Source: the human T2T-CHM13v2.0 reference genome, Homo sapiens
NCBI RefSeq assembly: GCF_009914755.1
Contig: NC_060935.1
Strand: one strand, 5' to 3'
Length of the DNA: 64,000 nucleotides
A program made the position numbers and the translations under genes. Below the pieces are notes generated by a model that saw only the letters and a list, made by a program, of their open reading frames with translations, did no database searches and was not told the origin of the DNA. Positions 31,011 to 45,001 of this stretch are shown piece after piece (the first letter of the stretch is position 1; each line of letters begins with the position of its first letter).

Positions 31011-31351
31011 AGCTATCTTCCCACCCTCTCAGCTATTCTCCCCACCCAGTCTCCAGCAGGAGGTAATTTCTCTCCAGGGCCAGGTTTTCCAGGGCTTGTC
31101 AGAGTCCTGTGTGAGCTCCAGAGTCAAGAAAGACAACCAGAGCTCCTCTGTGCCTTAGTTTCTACAGATGAGTATAGAGGAGTCCCTTCTAAGATTCCTC
31201 AGGTCAGACCTACGATTCAGATTAGGCCTCAGAGAAAGAGATACACCTCCCCCCTCCCCAAACGTGCCAGGTTCTAATTCTAATGCTCCAGGAAGAATGC
31301 TAGGTGGGCCCCTATAGCTGCCTCTAAGCAAACAAAGCTCAGCAGCTGCTA

Positions 31352-31650
31352 CATTATTATTATTATTATTTTGAGACAAGAGTCTTGCTGTGTGCCCAGG
31401 CTGGAGTGCAGTGGTTGGATCTTGACTCACTGCAGCCTTGACCTTCCTGGGCTCAAGTAATCCTCCCACCTCAGCCTCCCAAGTAGCTGGGACTACAGGT
31501 ACCTGCCACCACACCCAGTTATTTTTATATTTTTTGTACAGATGGGGTCTGCCATGTTGCCCAGGCTGGTCTCAAATCCTGTTCTCAAGCAATCCTCTTC
31601 CCTTGGCCTCCCAAACTGTGGATTACAGGCATGAGCCACCACACCTAGCC
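31352..31650 (-). mobile_element. AluJ with (ATT)n tail
   Basis: Reverse AluJ (cactgcagccttgaccttcctgggctcaag). Confidence 0.9.
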
Positions 31651-32396
31651 ACTGCTACCATTTATTAAGAACTATTATGTACTAGGTACTTTATAAATGT
31701 TATGTCTCTCTCAAAACAACCTTATGAAGTAGGCACTATACCAATTCACATACGTCAAAACGGAGGTCCAGGGAAAATGTCCAGGGCTCATACAATAAGT
31801 ATTTTTTAACCAACTATTGTGCATCAGGCATTGTGATGGAACCTGAGCTGAACAACACATTATAGAACATTTACCAACACGGCCCAGACTAGTAGTGCCT
31901 CTAGTAGTGCCTCCCAATTACTGAAACAATAAAACACACCTTCACACATTTGCAAATGCTCCCTAGGAGGTAGTATTACCTCACTCTTCCCCCTCCCAAA
32001 CCCTGCTCTTAAGAGACATGACAGAAGTCAGATTATGCGGTGTCTCTTTCGGGTCATAATTAGGAGTTAGGCTTTTGTTCCAAGTTTTAGCAGTGAGAAG
32101 GCTTTGAAAGGTTTGAAAGCAGAATGACAAACTCTAACTTACATTTTTTAAAAGATCACTGGCTGTTCAGTGGAGAAAGGGGGTAGGAGTGGAAATAAGT
32201 TAATAACTTCTCTCAGAGGTTCAGGCAACAGAAAATAGTAATGATTTAGACTAACATATTGTAAGATAATGTAAAAAGAAGCAAGCCTATTTTCTAAAGA
32301 CACAGCTTGGAAGAAGCAGCAGCAGAACTTGGTGGAAAACAGAATACGATGGTGAAAGAAGTCAGTGACTTCTCCAAGACCACACATCTGGTAAAT

Positions 32397-32840
<444 letters not shown>

Positions 32841-34872
32841 CTAATAAGCAATAATCATAGCAACTTATCTTACTCGACTTCCCACCCCATGCAGCATCCT
32901 CTTATAGATGGTCTTCCAGGCTTTTCTGAAATACATGCAGGAATGAGGAGCTCACTTTCCACCAGCACTATGAGGCAGTGTTTCCTCACATTCAGCCAGG
33001 TGGCTCTCTGTAAATTTCTAATTCTGCTCCAGGAGCAACGTCCTCCAGGGCAAGTCACATTAAAGGCTTGCAACTATGTATGTATGTAGGCTAATTTATT
33101 ATGCCCCTCCACTTTTTCTCTTCTCCAAGATAAATACTCCCAGTTCTTTTAGTCGTTTGTTCATTCAACAACTATTTAAGCATCTTATGCAAGTCACTGG
33201 GGATAGACACATCAGTGAACAGAACCACATCTTCAAGGAGGTGATGATTTTATGGTTTAGTATGGTGGCTTTTAATTCTCCCTGTCCACCAGAATAACTT
33301 GGAAAGCTTTAAATATGTGTAAATATACTAGAGTCCCAGCAGAGATTCTGACTTGGTTGGTCTGGCATGTGGCCTAGGCAATATATTTTTATAGATACAA
33401 CTATATTGATATCTATTGGAAGACTGACTTGCTATAAAGCTACAGTGATAATGACAATGTGATATTAATGAAAACATAAATAGATCAGTGGAATTGAAGT
33501 AAATAGCCCAAAATAGACCCACACAAATGTGGTTAACTGACTGTAAAAGAGAAAAGGAAATTCAATGAAGAAAGGACAGTCTTTTCAATAAATTGTGCTA
33601 GAACTGGACATCCACATCCAAAAAAATCAACCTAGACACAGGCTTTATGCTTTTCACAAAAATTAACTCAAAATGGATCACAAACCATTGCATTTGCAAA
33701 ATGCAAAACTATAAAATGTCTAAAATATAATGTAGGGGAAAATCTAGATGACCTTGGGTTTGGCAATGACTTTTTAGATACAGCCCCAAAAGCAAGATCC
33801 ATGAAAGAAAAAACTGACATGTTAGACTGGATTAAAATTTAAAATTTCTGCAAAATACAGTGTTAAGAGAACAAAGAAACAAACCACAGACTGGGAGAAA
33901 ACACATCTAATAAAAGGCTTGTATCAAAATATACATAGAACTCTTAAAACTCAGTAAGAAGTGACCCAATTTAAAAAAAACAACTGTGCAAAAGATCTGA
34001 ACAGACACTTCACCAAGGAAGATATATGCATGACAAATAAGCATATGAAAAGATGCTCAGCATCTTTTATCATTAGAGAACTGCAAATTAAAACAATGAG
34101 ATATCACTACACATCTATTAGAATAACTAAAATCCAAAACACTGACAACACCAAATGGTGACAGGGATATGCAGCAACGGGAACTCTCTCGTTCATTGCT
34201 GGTGAGAATGCAAAATGATACAACCACTTTGGAAGACAGTTTAGGAATTTCTTACAAAGCTAAATACAGTTATGTGTCACTTAATGACAGGCATACATTC
34301 TGAGAAAAGTGTCATTAGGTGATTTCATTGTTATGCGAACATCACAGAGTGTACACATACAAACCTAGATGGTACAGTCTACTACACACCTAGCCTATAT
34401 GGTATAGCCTACTGCTTCAAGACTACAAACTTGTATAGCATGTTACTGTACTGAATACTAGGCAACTGTAACACAATAGTATTTGTGTATCTAAACATAT
34501 ATAAACATAGAAAAAGTACAGTAAAAATACGCCATAAAAGATTAAAAAAAAAACAGTACATATGTAAAGGGCATTTACCATGAATGGAACTTGCAGGACT
34601 GGAAGTTTCTCTGGGTGAGTCAGTGAGTGAGAGGTAAGTGAATGGAAAGGCCTAGGATAGTATTGTACACTACTGTAGACTTTATAAACAGTGTATGTTT
34701 ATGCTGCACTAAACTTAAATTTTTTTTTCTTCAACAATAAATTAACCTTAACTTCCTGTAAGTTTTTACTTTATAAACTTTTTAATTTTTTAAAAACATT
34801 TTGACTCTATTGCATTAACACTTGGCTTAAGACACAAGCACATTGTACAGCTATACAATATTTTCTTTATAG

Positions 34873-35226
<354 letters not shown>

Positions 35227-35618
35227 ATTCTTATTTTTTTACCTTTTAATCTTTTTGTTAAAAACTAACACATAAACACACACTTTAGTCTAGGCCTACA
35301 CAAGGTCAGGACTGTCAACATTAGTGTCTTCCACCTCTACATCTTGTCCCACTGTCAATATTAGTGTCTTTCACCTCTACATCTTGTCCCACTGGAAGGT
35401 CTTTAGGGGCAATAACATGCATGGAGCTGACATCTCTTATAATAACAATGACTTCTTCTGGAAGACCTCCAAAAGGACCTGCCTGAGGCTGTTTTACAGT
35501 TAACTTTTTTTTATAAGTAGGAGTACACTCTAAAATAACAACAAAAAGAATAATAAATATATAAACCAGTAACAGAGTCATTTATCATCATTATCAAGCA
35601 TTATATAACACATATAAT

Positions 35619-35935
<317 letters not shown>

Positions 35936-36628
35936 TTATATGACTGGCAGCACAGCAGGTTTGTTTACACCAGCATCTCCACAAACATGAGTAATGTGTT
36001 GCATTAATATGTGATGATGGCTATATCATATATGTGGCTCATCACTGACTGAATCATCATTATGTGATTATAGTATTCCTAGGTATTTACTCAAATGAGT
36101 TGAAAACTATGTTCACACAAAAACCTGCTCATGAATGTTTATTGCAGTTTTATTCAGAATTGCTAAAAACTGGAAGCGACTGAGATATCCTTCAAGACTG
36201 AATGAATAAACTGTGGTATGTCATACAATATAGTATTATTCAGTAAAAAAAGAAATGAACTATCAACCCACAAAAAGACATGGAAGAACCTGAAATGTAG
36301 ATTTCTAAGTAAAAGAAGCCAGTCTGAAAAGGCTGATTCCAACTACATGATATTTGGAAAAAGGCTAAACTATAGAAATAGTAAAAAGATAAGTGGCGGC
36401 CAGGTATTTGAAAGGTTGGGGTTAGTGGTTAAGGAATGAATAGGTGAAGCACGGGGCATTTTTAGGGTGTAAAACTATACTGTATGATACTATAATCGTG
36501 GATACACATACTATGCATTTGTCAAAACCTACAGAACTATACAACCCAAACAGTAAACCCTAATGTAAACTATGTACTTTAGTCAATAATAATGTATCAA
36601 TATTGATTCATCAATTGTACATTAATGA

Positions 36629-36983
<355 letters not shown>

Positions 36984-37299
36984 GGATTCTGCATTTTCTA
37001 CACAATTCTTCTATAAACCTAAAACTGCTCTAAAAAATAAAATCTATTAAAATAAAAAAGTATCAAGCAAAAATATAGAAAGAAACAAAGACATACAAGA
37101 TAAAGTTCATCTTCCTTTTTATTAGATTCATTAGACACAAAATTACTCTGACAAATTGCTATAAAGATTTCTAAGTACTTTCAATTTCTATGCTTATCTC
37201 ATTGTGGGCTGGGAACAGTTCAGACTACACTTTCAGTAATGATGATCTAGCGTACCCTCCACTAAATAGAGTCCTGTTTGCAATGATCCTCTTACTGCC

Positions 37300-37690
37300 T
37301 GGTACCCTGAGGGAAACATGATACTCTAAGTGCAGTCTGTCCCTTGCAAAACATAGTGGAACTATCACCTCCTTTAACTGTACTTAATACTTCCAATAAT
37401 TCAGTCTGAAGTTACATTAGATTTTTATCCACTGCAATGCCTTTGGCTGACATTGAGCTTCAGCAGCCAAAACCACCATTTTCATAAGAATAGCATCATG
37501 CTAAGTCTCCTCCAGTCTGCCCATATGTTGCCATTTCTTTTGAGACTTAAAATGCAGAACTTCATTGTCTTCCTCTTAAATTTCATCTTGTTGGCTTCAG
37601 CCCATCATTCCAAGCTTACTCATCTAAATATTAGTTTTCTCTTTCAGTTTTTGTCACCTACAAAGCTAATAAGTATGCCATCTCTTTAAA
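37300..37690 (-). mobile_element. CR1/L3-like fragment
   Basis: Degenerate motifs ctctaagtgcagtctg...ggaactatcacctcc and cttaaatttcatcttgttgg. Confidence 0.55.
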
Positions 37691-39379
37691 CATTTTTCAA
37701 ACATCTGTCATGTGCTCTTGCCTGTTCCAGGTTTTGAGGATTAAAGATGACCTAGAAATGGCCTACGTCTCCAGGAAATCACCACTAATAGGGGAAGTTG
37801 GCAAATACAAAACTAAAAAGTGCTGCACTAGAAAAATGACTGAACCAAATAAATAGGACCAGGTAGACGAAACAACAAAACATCTATGTACAGTATTAGG
37901 CAGAACCACTAATATCTTCAGCGGGAAGGATCAAATTCAGACATCTTCTATTTTAGATTTCAGTTCTGAAAAACCAAACGCTGGTTTGGTTACCAAAAGT
38001 TAACTGGCTGGCTAATACACTGTCTCTCTCTTTCAATGGTGGGTGCTGCTATAGGAAACTTGGCTAAGTTTAGTTCCCGCTGATGAAACACAATACTTAT
38101 GAAATTGAGGCATACTGGTAAGATGCCAGCAGTTTTATTTATTACTAACAGAATCAAATGAGGTAAAAGCAACTTTAGAGATGACTCTGTACATTCAAAG
38201 AAATTAAATCCTGGAGATCTCAAATGATGTGCTGAAGTTATACAAGTTAGCAGTTAACATGTTTTAAGTGCAATAACTCCTTTCATTTAAATAGTCCTCT
38301 GGTTTTCAAAGTAAATAATTAACAAATTATTCTTATAAGTCATGGACCTTGGCCAGCAATGTTTTGTCTCTGTAGTCATCTTAAGCCTAACCAGGCCTTT
38401 TTAAGTCACTTATCTCTCCTCTGTAGGCATATGAGTTTGCAACTCCTGCTAACTCTATTATAAAAGCAAATGATCAATAATCATTCAAAAATTTGGTTTT
38501 GTTTGGAGACTACAGCTTTCAATCTAATAGCTTATAACTGATGACTAGTGTGATTGAAGTGCCTAAAGGATTTGAAAATGATTATTTTTACTGGGTTCTT
38601 TTGCAACCACAAATAACTTTTAAAACAATATGTGTACTAAGTGGAAATTATAAATCTCCTGACACAACCAGTTAAATGTACAAGGAAATCAGTCAACAAT
38701 GATGATGTTGGATTTAAAACAACATCTGAGATGAAATTTTTTCTTGTAGTAATTAGATGGTGAGGCCAATTGCCTGTTAAGGTCACTTACTGTGGAGTAT
38801 ACTTTCAGTAATGATGATCTAGAGCATCTTAGATCTAGATATGAGGTGGAGTATAAAATAAATAATAATAGTAGCTTACAAAAACACTATAAGTAAAGAA
38901 ACAAGCAAAAGAAAGATGGAAACGAAAAAAGATATTAATAAATCTATTTAGTGGCAGTCAGTCATAAGTCAAAGCAACCAGTCATAAGTCAAAGTATACT
39001 TGAATTTCAAAAAAGGCAAAGAAGTGCAGAGAAGGGAGACATTAATTACACCTGCAGAACTAGGAAAAGGTTCATGGAAGAGGCAGTATTTGGGTTGGTA
39101 TTGAAGAAGGAGTAAATTTTTCATAGAGCTACTGAGATTTCCCTTGAGTGAATCACAAAAACAAAGGCCCAAAGGAGAAAAAAGTATGAACGGTTTAGGA
39201 AATAGTAAATAACTTGGTCCTTCTTGGAAATAGTAAATAATCTCATCATTCATTCACCACTTATTGAACATATTCTACATGCCAGACACAATGTTCGTCA
39301 CTATGGATGCAAAGATGACATGACCTAGTTCTTACCCTCAAAAAGAAAAGCATTTTTAAAGACAATAGGAGACAAAGCT

Positions 39380-40590
39380 GTGCCACTGACTGTCAGACTT
39401 AACAAGTCAAAACTCTGTTCCTCCTTCAGGTGTTTCCTCCCCCATCCCTCAATAAATGGCAATTCTACTCTTTCAGTTGCTAAGCCAAAAATCTGATTCA
39501 TTTTTTACTCCACTTTTTGTCTATCAGCCCCCACAAGCATCCATCAGCAAATTGTATCAACTATACCTTCAAAACAGATCTACGGTCCAACCACTTCTCA
39601 TCACCTTTACTGTTATCACCTTGGTCCAAACCATCAGCAACTTTTGTGTACAACAGTGGATCTCAATAGTGGGGTGAAGAGGAGTTAGGGAGGGCAGGAC
39701 AGATTTGCTCTGCTCCCCAGGGGATATTTGGCAATGTCAAGGGAAATTTTGGATTAAAACAACTGGGTAAGTGCTACTGGCATTTAGTAAGTGGGAGCCA
39801 GGGATACTATTAAACATCCTAGAATGCATAGTATAGCCCCTCATAACAAAGAATTATCCTGCCCAAAATGTCAATAGAGCCACTGTTGGGAAACTCTGAC
39901 CTAGAATATTACAACATCCTTTTTAACTGATCCATTCTTGCCTCCCAGGGTGATCTATTTAAAACATGTCTCAGATCACATCACTCTCTTCTGCTTAAAA
40001 TCTTCCTGTGGCTTCCCCAATCTCAATGTAAAAGCCAAAGTCCTTAGAAAAACATACAAGGCCTTATATGATCTTACCTTCCTCTACCTCCTCCCCTCAT
40101 CTCACCCTGCTACTTCACTGACCTTATCTCCGACTTTTCCCCACTTCACTCACTCTGCTCCAGGCACCAAGGCTTTCTCCGACAGGCTATATACACTCTC
40201 TCCTCCAGGCCTTCATACCCTATGGTGACTATGCCTGAAAACACATTTCCCCTCAGATAACCATATGGCTTATTCCCTGTCTTCCTTCAAGTCTCTGCTG
40301 AAATATCACTTTATCAGATAATTCTTCCCTAACCAATCTTTATAAAATGATTTAAAAATCCCCCTCTACTCTATATCAGCACCCTTTATTCCACCCTATC
40401 CTGCTTTATTTGTATCCTGGCACTTATCATCAACTGACATTTATTTGCCTATTGGCTGGCTCCCTCCAATGGAACATATGCTCCACAAAGGCAAAGACTT
40501 TGTCTTTATCTCCAGACCTCAGAACTATTCCTTGCAAACAGTGGGTGACAGATAAGTAATGGCTGAATGAAGGAATGAATGAATAAATGG
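39380..40590 (+). mobile_element. L2a 3' fragment interrupted by MER20
   Basis: L2 motifs ending in the gaatgaatgaataaatg tail. Confidence 0.8.
39654..39898 (+). mobile_element. MER20 (hAT-Charlie)
   Basis: cagtggatctcaa...atttggcaatgtc...gaattatcctgcccaaaatgtcaatag...gggaaactctg. Confidence 0.88.
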
Positions 40591-41225
40591 AGCTAGAAAG
40601 ACCAGTCAGAAAAAAAGCTACAGAGAATCCTGAAGGCTAAGAAAGGAATGTGGATGCAGTCTTAGAGTGGCCTAAAGTAATTGTCCAAGAGTTCTCTCAT
40701 CATGTCATACAAATCACCTTTTGCCCTCCCAACCAAAAAGAGAGACAGGGGAAGGGAGGAAGAAATGGAGAATTCTATAAGAACATTATAATAATCAGAG
40801 GTATCTAATAATGAAATGCACAATCTCTGAGGTATTAACATTGCCAATCAACCCCTCAGCAGAGAAGATACAGCAACAAGTTACTGCATAATCCCATAAG
40901 TTTTCCTCCCTTTGCTTATCCTTTAGGACCCAGCTTAAATGTCACCACTTCTATGAAGGCTTCCTATAATCCCTCAAACAGATTTAATGACTCCTAAATA
41001 TGGCCCTCAGAGAAGTCCCAAACACTTATCCAATTTACTGAAAGTATTTGATAGTATTTATTTTTACCTCTAGACTGGAAAGGTAGTATATATCTCCTCA
41101 TTTGCTACTATATCTCCAGCCCAAAATGAGGTAGCTCCAATAAAACACAGGCACCAGCACACATTTTTATAAAATCATACAGGGTACAAATACATTTCTT
41201 AAAACCATATTAAAAAGTCACTAAA

Positions 41226-41516
41226 GGCAGGGCACAGTGGCTCACACCTGTAATCCCAGCACTCTGGGGAGGCTGAAGCGGGTGAATCACCCGGGGTCAA
41301 GAGTTTGAGACCAGCCCGGCTAACATGGTGAAATCCCATCGCTACTAAAAATACAAAACTTAGCCAGGCATGGTGGCAGGCACCTGTAATCTTGGGAGGC
41401 TGAGGCAGGGAGAAATCACTTGAACCCAGGAGGCGGAGGTTGCAGTAAGCCGAGATCGCGCCATTGGACTCCAGCCTGGGCAACAGAGGGAGACACCGTC
41501 TCAAAAAAAAAAAAAA
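41226..41516 (+). mobile_element. AluSp/Sq
   Basis: Forward dimer; TSD aaaaagtcactaaa. Confidence 0.93.
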
Positions 41517-41599
41517 GTCACTAAAATCCAATGACTTTCAAATCCCTAATCAATATCCATTCATCCCTTCATCCTTGCCAATTTTGCCAACCCTAATTT

Positions 41600-42045
41600 T
41601 ATCCAGGAAAGTAATGAGACAATTAAACACTCATTTTTCCAGCCTCCTTTAAAGTTGGGCATGTGCATGTGACAAAGTTGTAGTCAGTAAGTTTCTAAGG
41701 ATTCTGGGGAAATGGTTGCTTTAATTATAAAATAGAACACAGGCAGAGTGCTAATTCTGCCTTTCCGCCCCTTTCTTCTTTTCTCAAACATTCTTTCTGG
41801 AGCTACAGTAGCCTAGTAACCTTGAGGTCATAAGTACAAGAGTGAAAAGCACACACTCAGTGGCTGGCAGAGTGGCAGAGTAGAAAAGGCTGGCAGAGTA
41901 GAAAAACAGAAAGAGCCTGGGTTCTAAATGGCATTGTATCCCACCCTATACAAGCAACCAATGCCCTCCCTCCAGAAAATTAATTCCTATATTTTAAATC
42001 ACTGTTTTCTACTACTTACAGCTGAAAATATTTCTAATTGATACA
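41600..42045 (+). mobile_element. Old MLT1-type MaLR LTR
   Basis: 3' end ttacttacagctgaaaatatttctaattgataca; agagcctgggttct motif. Confidence 0.6.
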
Positions 42046-42348
42046 AACAAGAAGCATACTAGAGAATCAAGAAAAAGATGCTTCTTACTAGTCTGAAACA
42101 TTGATTCCTTATTAGCCACTGGTCTCTAACCATAAATAAATTCCTCTTATTAGCAGAAGAATGAAAAAGATCTGAGCAAATTAAGACAATACTAGATAGA
42201 TATGAAAGGAAGACTGAGAATATTCTTCACAATTTGATATATTCCCAATAAGGCAGGCAATCACTCTTTCCAAGTTCTTTAAAAAAAAAAAAAACAGAAT
42301 AAGAATATAACCTGTCTACTTCAAAAATGGCTTTCAAGTTGCTTTCAA

Positions 42349-42350
<2 letters not shown>

Positions 42351-42392
<42 letters not shown>
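42351..42392. repeat. (CA)21 microsatellite
   Basis: Directly visible. Confidence 0.95.
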
Positions 42393-42394
<2 letters not shown>

Positions 42395-42620
42395 CTTAGG
42401 ACAATAGTAATCATCAGTGGAATACAGGTAATAAAGTAGGAGACAATTAAAACATAGTACCAACACTCCATGCTTTGCAATTCATGACCAAATTTTGCTC
42501 TGAGCATCCTGGAAGCCAAAACCAAAATTTAAGAAAAAAGGGTGAAACTCAAACTAATACTCACTGTCTCATTAAGGAAACATTTCAGTGTTGTTAAGGG
42601 ACAACCATTATTAGTTAAAG

Positions 42621-42841
42621 TAGGGGTTGGAAAATTCTGCAAAAGGCCAAATAGTAAATATTTTAGGCTTTGCAGGCCCTATCACCTCTGTCTCAATAAC
42701 TCAACTCTGCCTTTGTAGCACAAAAGCAGCCACTGACAATATGTAAATGAATGTGTGTAGCTATGTTTCAACAAAACTTTATTTACAAAAACAGGCAATG
42801 GGGCCAGATTTGCCCCACAGGCTGTAGTCTGATGACCTCTG
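42621..42841 (+). mobile_element. MER58A
   Basis: ggccaaatagtaaatattttaggctttgcaggcc...ctttatttacaaaaacaggc...gacctctg. Confidence 0.88.
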
Positions 42842-44776
42842 ACTCAAAGGATTCTTAGATGTAAGCATCAGACTCTGAGTCTGGTGAAAATCAATTTAAA
42901 ATCTGAGTCTAGTGAAAATCAATGTACTGAAAGAATATTGGGGGCTCACAAAATTTGGTGAAGGTTGGAAAAATAGGCTTAAGGCTAAACTTCCAGAATA
43001 AAGCACAAAGTTACACTGCAGAACTAGTCCAATGAGGAAACCACTGCAGCTACTTCTCATCATTACATGCTAGAATGGGTACCACCGTCACTTCTGGATC
43101 AAGAATTCAACCTCTGTGCAGCAATCACAAACAACAATGCCACTTCAGTGCCAGGAACCCAACCTTGCAGGGGATGCTACTGCCTCTGCCATCAGAAAAA
43201 GAAAGTTAGTTTCCCGTTACCTCCTCTCTCAAGTCTTTAAGTGCTAAATCCAAGTGTGGTCTGGGCATATCGGATTGGTGAAACCTAGGTCACTGCCTAT
43301 GCCCCAGAAGCAAGGAAGCTTGGGAAGCAAGTATCTAAATTATCTCCTTTAGGGAACTGCATATTTGCCCCTAATGAGACTCATAAAATGGGGAACACAA
43401 AATACTGTACAGTAAAAACAAATGTTCCACTATAAAATCTTATAACTAACACTAACTAAAAATGTTCTATCTCTTCAAAAAGGGGACAAAATACAAAGTC
43501 TTATCAGTTACTACACTCCAGCATTAAATTCTGAGGAATGTTTCTCTTATTTGTAGGTGCTTTAAGTACCAGGTACTATTTAAATCCTGGTGCCTTTCTT
43601 CAAGCTATTACCATTGCATAGAACACACTTATCTCCCATTATTCCCTTCTGTTTCCTCCAAAACTTCTAATCTTCAGGTGTCCTCTCCTCTAACTTGCCA
43701 TCTCTGATGCAGTCCTTACCCAACGGCTTGAGTAGGTCCTCCACCTTTAAGATCTTAGAGTACCTCATAAAAATGCTTATCACTTACCACAGATGTCTTG
43801 TATCTCCAGCCAGACTATATGTCCCCTTGTTTACGAAATGCTTCATTCATCTCTGTTCCCTCAGTACTTCATACAAAGCCTAGCACATACAAAGCTCTCA
43901 ATAATTACATCTACTGAACCCAAACAAATATAAAAAATAAAAACATTACATATCTTTGGCTCAGCCGCCCAATTTCTCTTTGTCTTGTCCTGATTCATTT
44001 TATTCCCCAGGATACATACTTGTTTGCAAGGCTGTTTTAAATATCTAAAATGCTGCAGGAGCACAAGTGGCTTTTTTTTAAGTGATAATAAATAAGTCCT
44101 TTATAAACTCAAAAGTGGCTGAGGTCCACTGTGTCATCAAAGTAGAAGACAATTTTAATAGGCATACACATCCCATTTTAAGGACTCCTGGATTCCAAAA
44201 ACTTCAGACACAGGCTTTTGCTTTTTTTTTTTTTAATATAAAATCTCAATCTACTAAAATCTTTCTTCTCACTTTAATTAAGTTTGGACTCCAACTATGG
44301 TGTTCTACTCGGTCAGCCAAGGTTTCTAGAAAAGAGGCACCTTCTGTAAGAATTGACAGTTGTAAAAAGCTGCATTTATGTGGCAACTAATAAAGCACAT
44401 TCATATCCATTATCCAATTAATTCTTACATACCCTCCTTTGAGATTTCTCCTCAGAAGCAATGCCCAGCCCCACGGCTATCTCTGTGGCACCCTCCTGGA
44501 CCACTCCCACCACAGCCACCATTATCTTCTGCCACATACACATTTGTTATAACTCTTTTCACTTAAACTAATTATCTGTATCTCTTATCCTTAGTGAAAT
44601 ATAAACAGCTTGACAGAAGGGACAGGCCTAGCACCGTGTAAGGCATAGTAAATGCTCGACAATTATTTGCCAAAGTGAGTTAAAAAGAATAATTCATATT
44701 TCTGTTTAAATAAGGTAGAAACTGAGTTGACTTTCCCAAATTATCCTAGCTAAAACTACAAAATCAAGATATTCTT

Positions 44777-45001
44777 AGTGCAGTGGCTTCTGCGTATAAT
44801 CCTAGCTACTTGGGAGGCTAAGGCAGGGGGATCGCTTGAGCCCACAAGTTCAAGGCTACAGTGGGCTATGATCACATAGCCTGGGTGACAGAGCAAGACC
44901 CTGTTTCTGAAAAAGAAAAAATACTCCTGGGTTCAAGGAATCTTCCCACCTCAGCCTCCCAAAGTGCTGGGACTACAAGCTTGAGCCACTGCACCAAGCC
45001 C
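44777..45001. mobile_element. Alu right-arm monomer (+, ~44777-44920) abutting an inverted left-arm fragment (-, ~44923-45001)
   Basis: Two Alu half-elements in opposite orientation, joined at the A tail. Confidence 0.8.

Noticed and set aside
30697-31158. Three overlapping 96-140-aa ORFs in the CpG island
   Set aside because: GC-rich DNA is depleted of stop codons, the starts are non-ATG and the translations resemble no protein I know.
38698-38731. Box C (ATGATGA) ... box D (CTGA) with a small hairpin, as a possible snoRNA
   Set aside because: It is only about 32 nt, lacks a terminal stem and is antisense to the host PAK1 transcript.
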